DNA of 64,000 nt from Podarcis liolepis (lineage: Eukaryota), in the NCBI GenBank assembly GCA_965112155.1, contig OZ218103.1; one strand, written 5' to 3'. Under the pieces are notes generated by a model, which searched no databases, was not told the DNA's origin, and was given only the letters and a program-made list of their open reading frames with translations. Numbering within the stretch: the stretch's first letter is position 1; each line of letters begins with the position of its first letter. This document shows, one piece after another, positions 63,280 through 64,000 of the stretch. Made by a program: the position numbers and the translations under genes.

Positions 63280-64000
63280 TTAAGCATTATATTAAATCAC
63301 CCTGCTCCATATTTATTTTAGGAATTGCAGTACATCATTTCTCCTGAAAGCCGACATTTTGGCTAGATAAGATGATTCCGAGACTGTCACTGATCCTTCC
63401 CTGATGATATAGATTGTCCTTCCCATTGTTTGGCATAAATCAACTTTGCAGCAACCAATAAATTTGAAATCAGCTCATGCAATCTTTCGCATATTCTTCT
63501 GTTACATAATTCAAAAGAGGGAGGATCAAATGGCAGCTACATTTCATTTTATCAGTCCCACTAGCATTTCCCAAATTCTCTAGTTCTTATACAATTCCAC
63601 TACCTGCAGAGAAAATGTTTTTCCCCCTGATGCTAAAAAGGTACCCAGTATCTGGTTTACACATTTCTGTGGCATAAGATGTCACTGAATTGCCATGTTA
63701 TAGCAGTTTCCCCTTAAATTCAAGCACAATGAAAACATTGACCTTTCCGTAAATAAAAATGTCTGCACTTCCACAGAATTTTTGTAAGTTTCTTGTTCAG
63801 TTTGTCATAAAAGAATTTGACCATATGCACTAATGGAAGATGAAACAAGGGTGGTTGGTGGTTTTTTTGACCGGAGTTCATAGCCATTATCTCTCTGAAC
63901 ATTGCATTTTCTTTTTGTAGAGTCAAATTATGAATATAGGGATAAAAGGCCATATTCTCTGCCTCCAAGATACCTGTGACTTCTTTATAGGCGATCATAG
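63280..64000 (-). mobile_element. Degenerate L1-type LINE ORF2 3' fragment
   Basis: Minus-strand translation HELISNLLVAAKLIYAKQWE resembles L1 ORF2 C-termini; frameshifted. Confidence 0.6.

Overview
Eukaryotic genomic DNA from a squamate reptile (lizard; lacertid-like, judged from a Sauria-SINE tail and the MITE families present). It holds three genes. (1) A complete 20-exon IPO13 (importin-13) on + (CDS 1138-44035, 2883 nt spliced, 960 aa). (2) A complete DPH2 on - (6 coding exons 54961-49891, 475 aa, plus a probable non-coding first exon). (3) The first coding exon of ATP6V0B on + (56020-56086), head-to-head with DPH2 across a short CpG-island bidirectional promoter. Introns contain many hAT and Tc1/mariner MITEs with clear TIRs and TSDs, SINEs, and CR1/L1 remnants. 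The most notable non-annotated signal is in IPO13 intron 15: two tandem REST/RE1 sites lie about 250-300 nt upstream of a hidden in-frame exon candidate with a Kozak ATG and a consensus CAG|GTAAGT donor, and there is a candidate poison exon just after exon 15. Together these suggest a neuron-restricted or otherwise regulated importin-13 isoform system. All calls were read by eye; no database searches were run.
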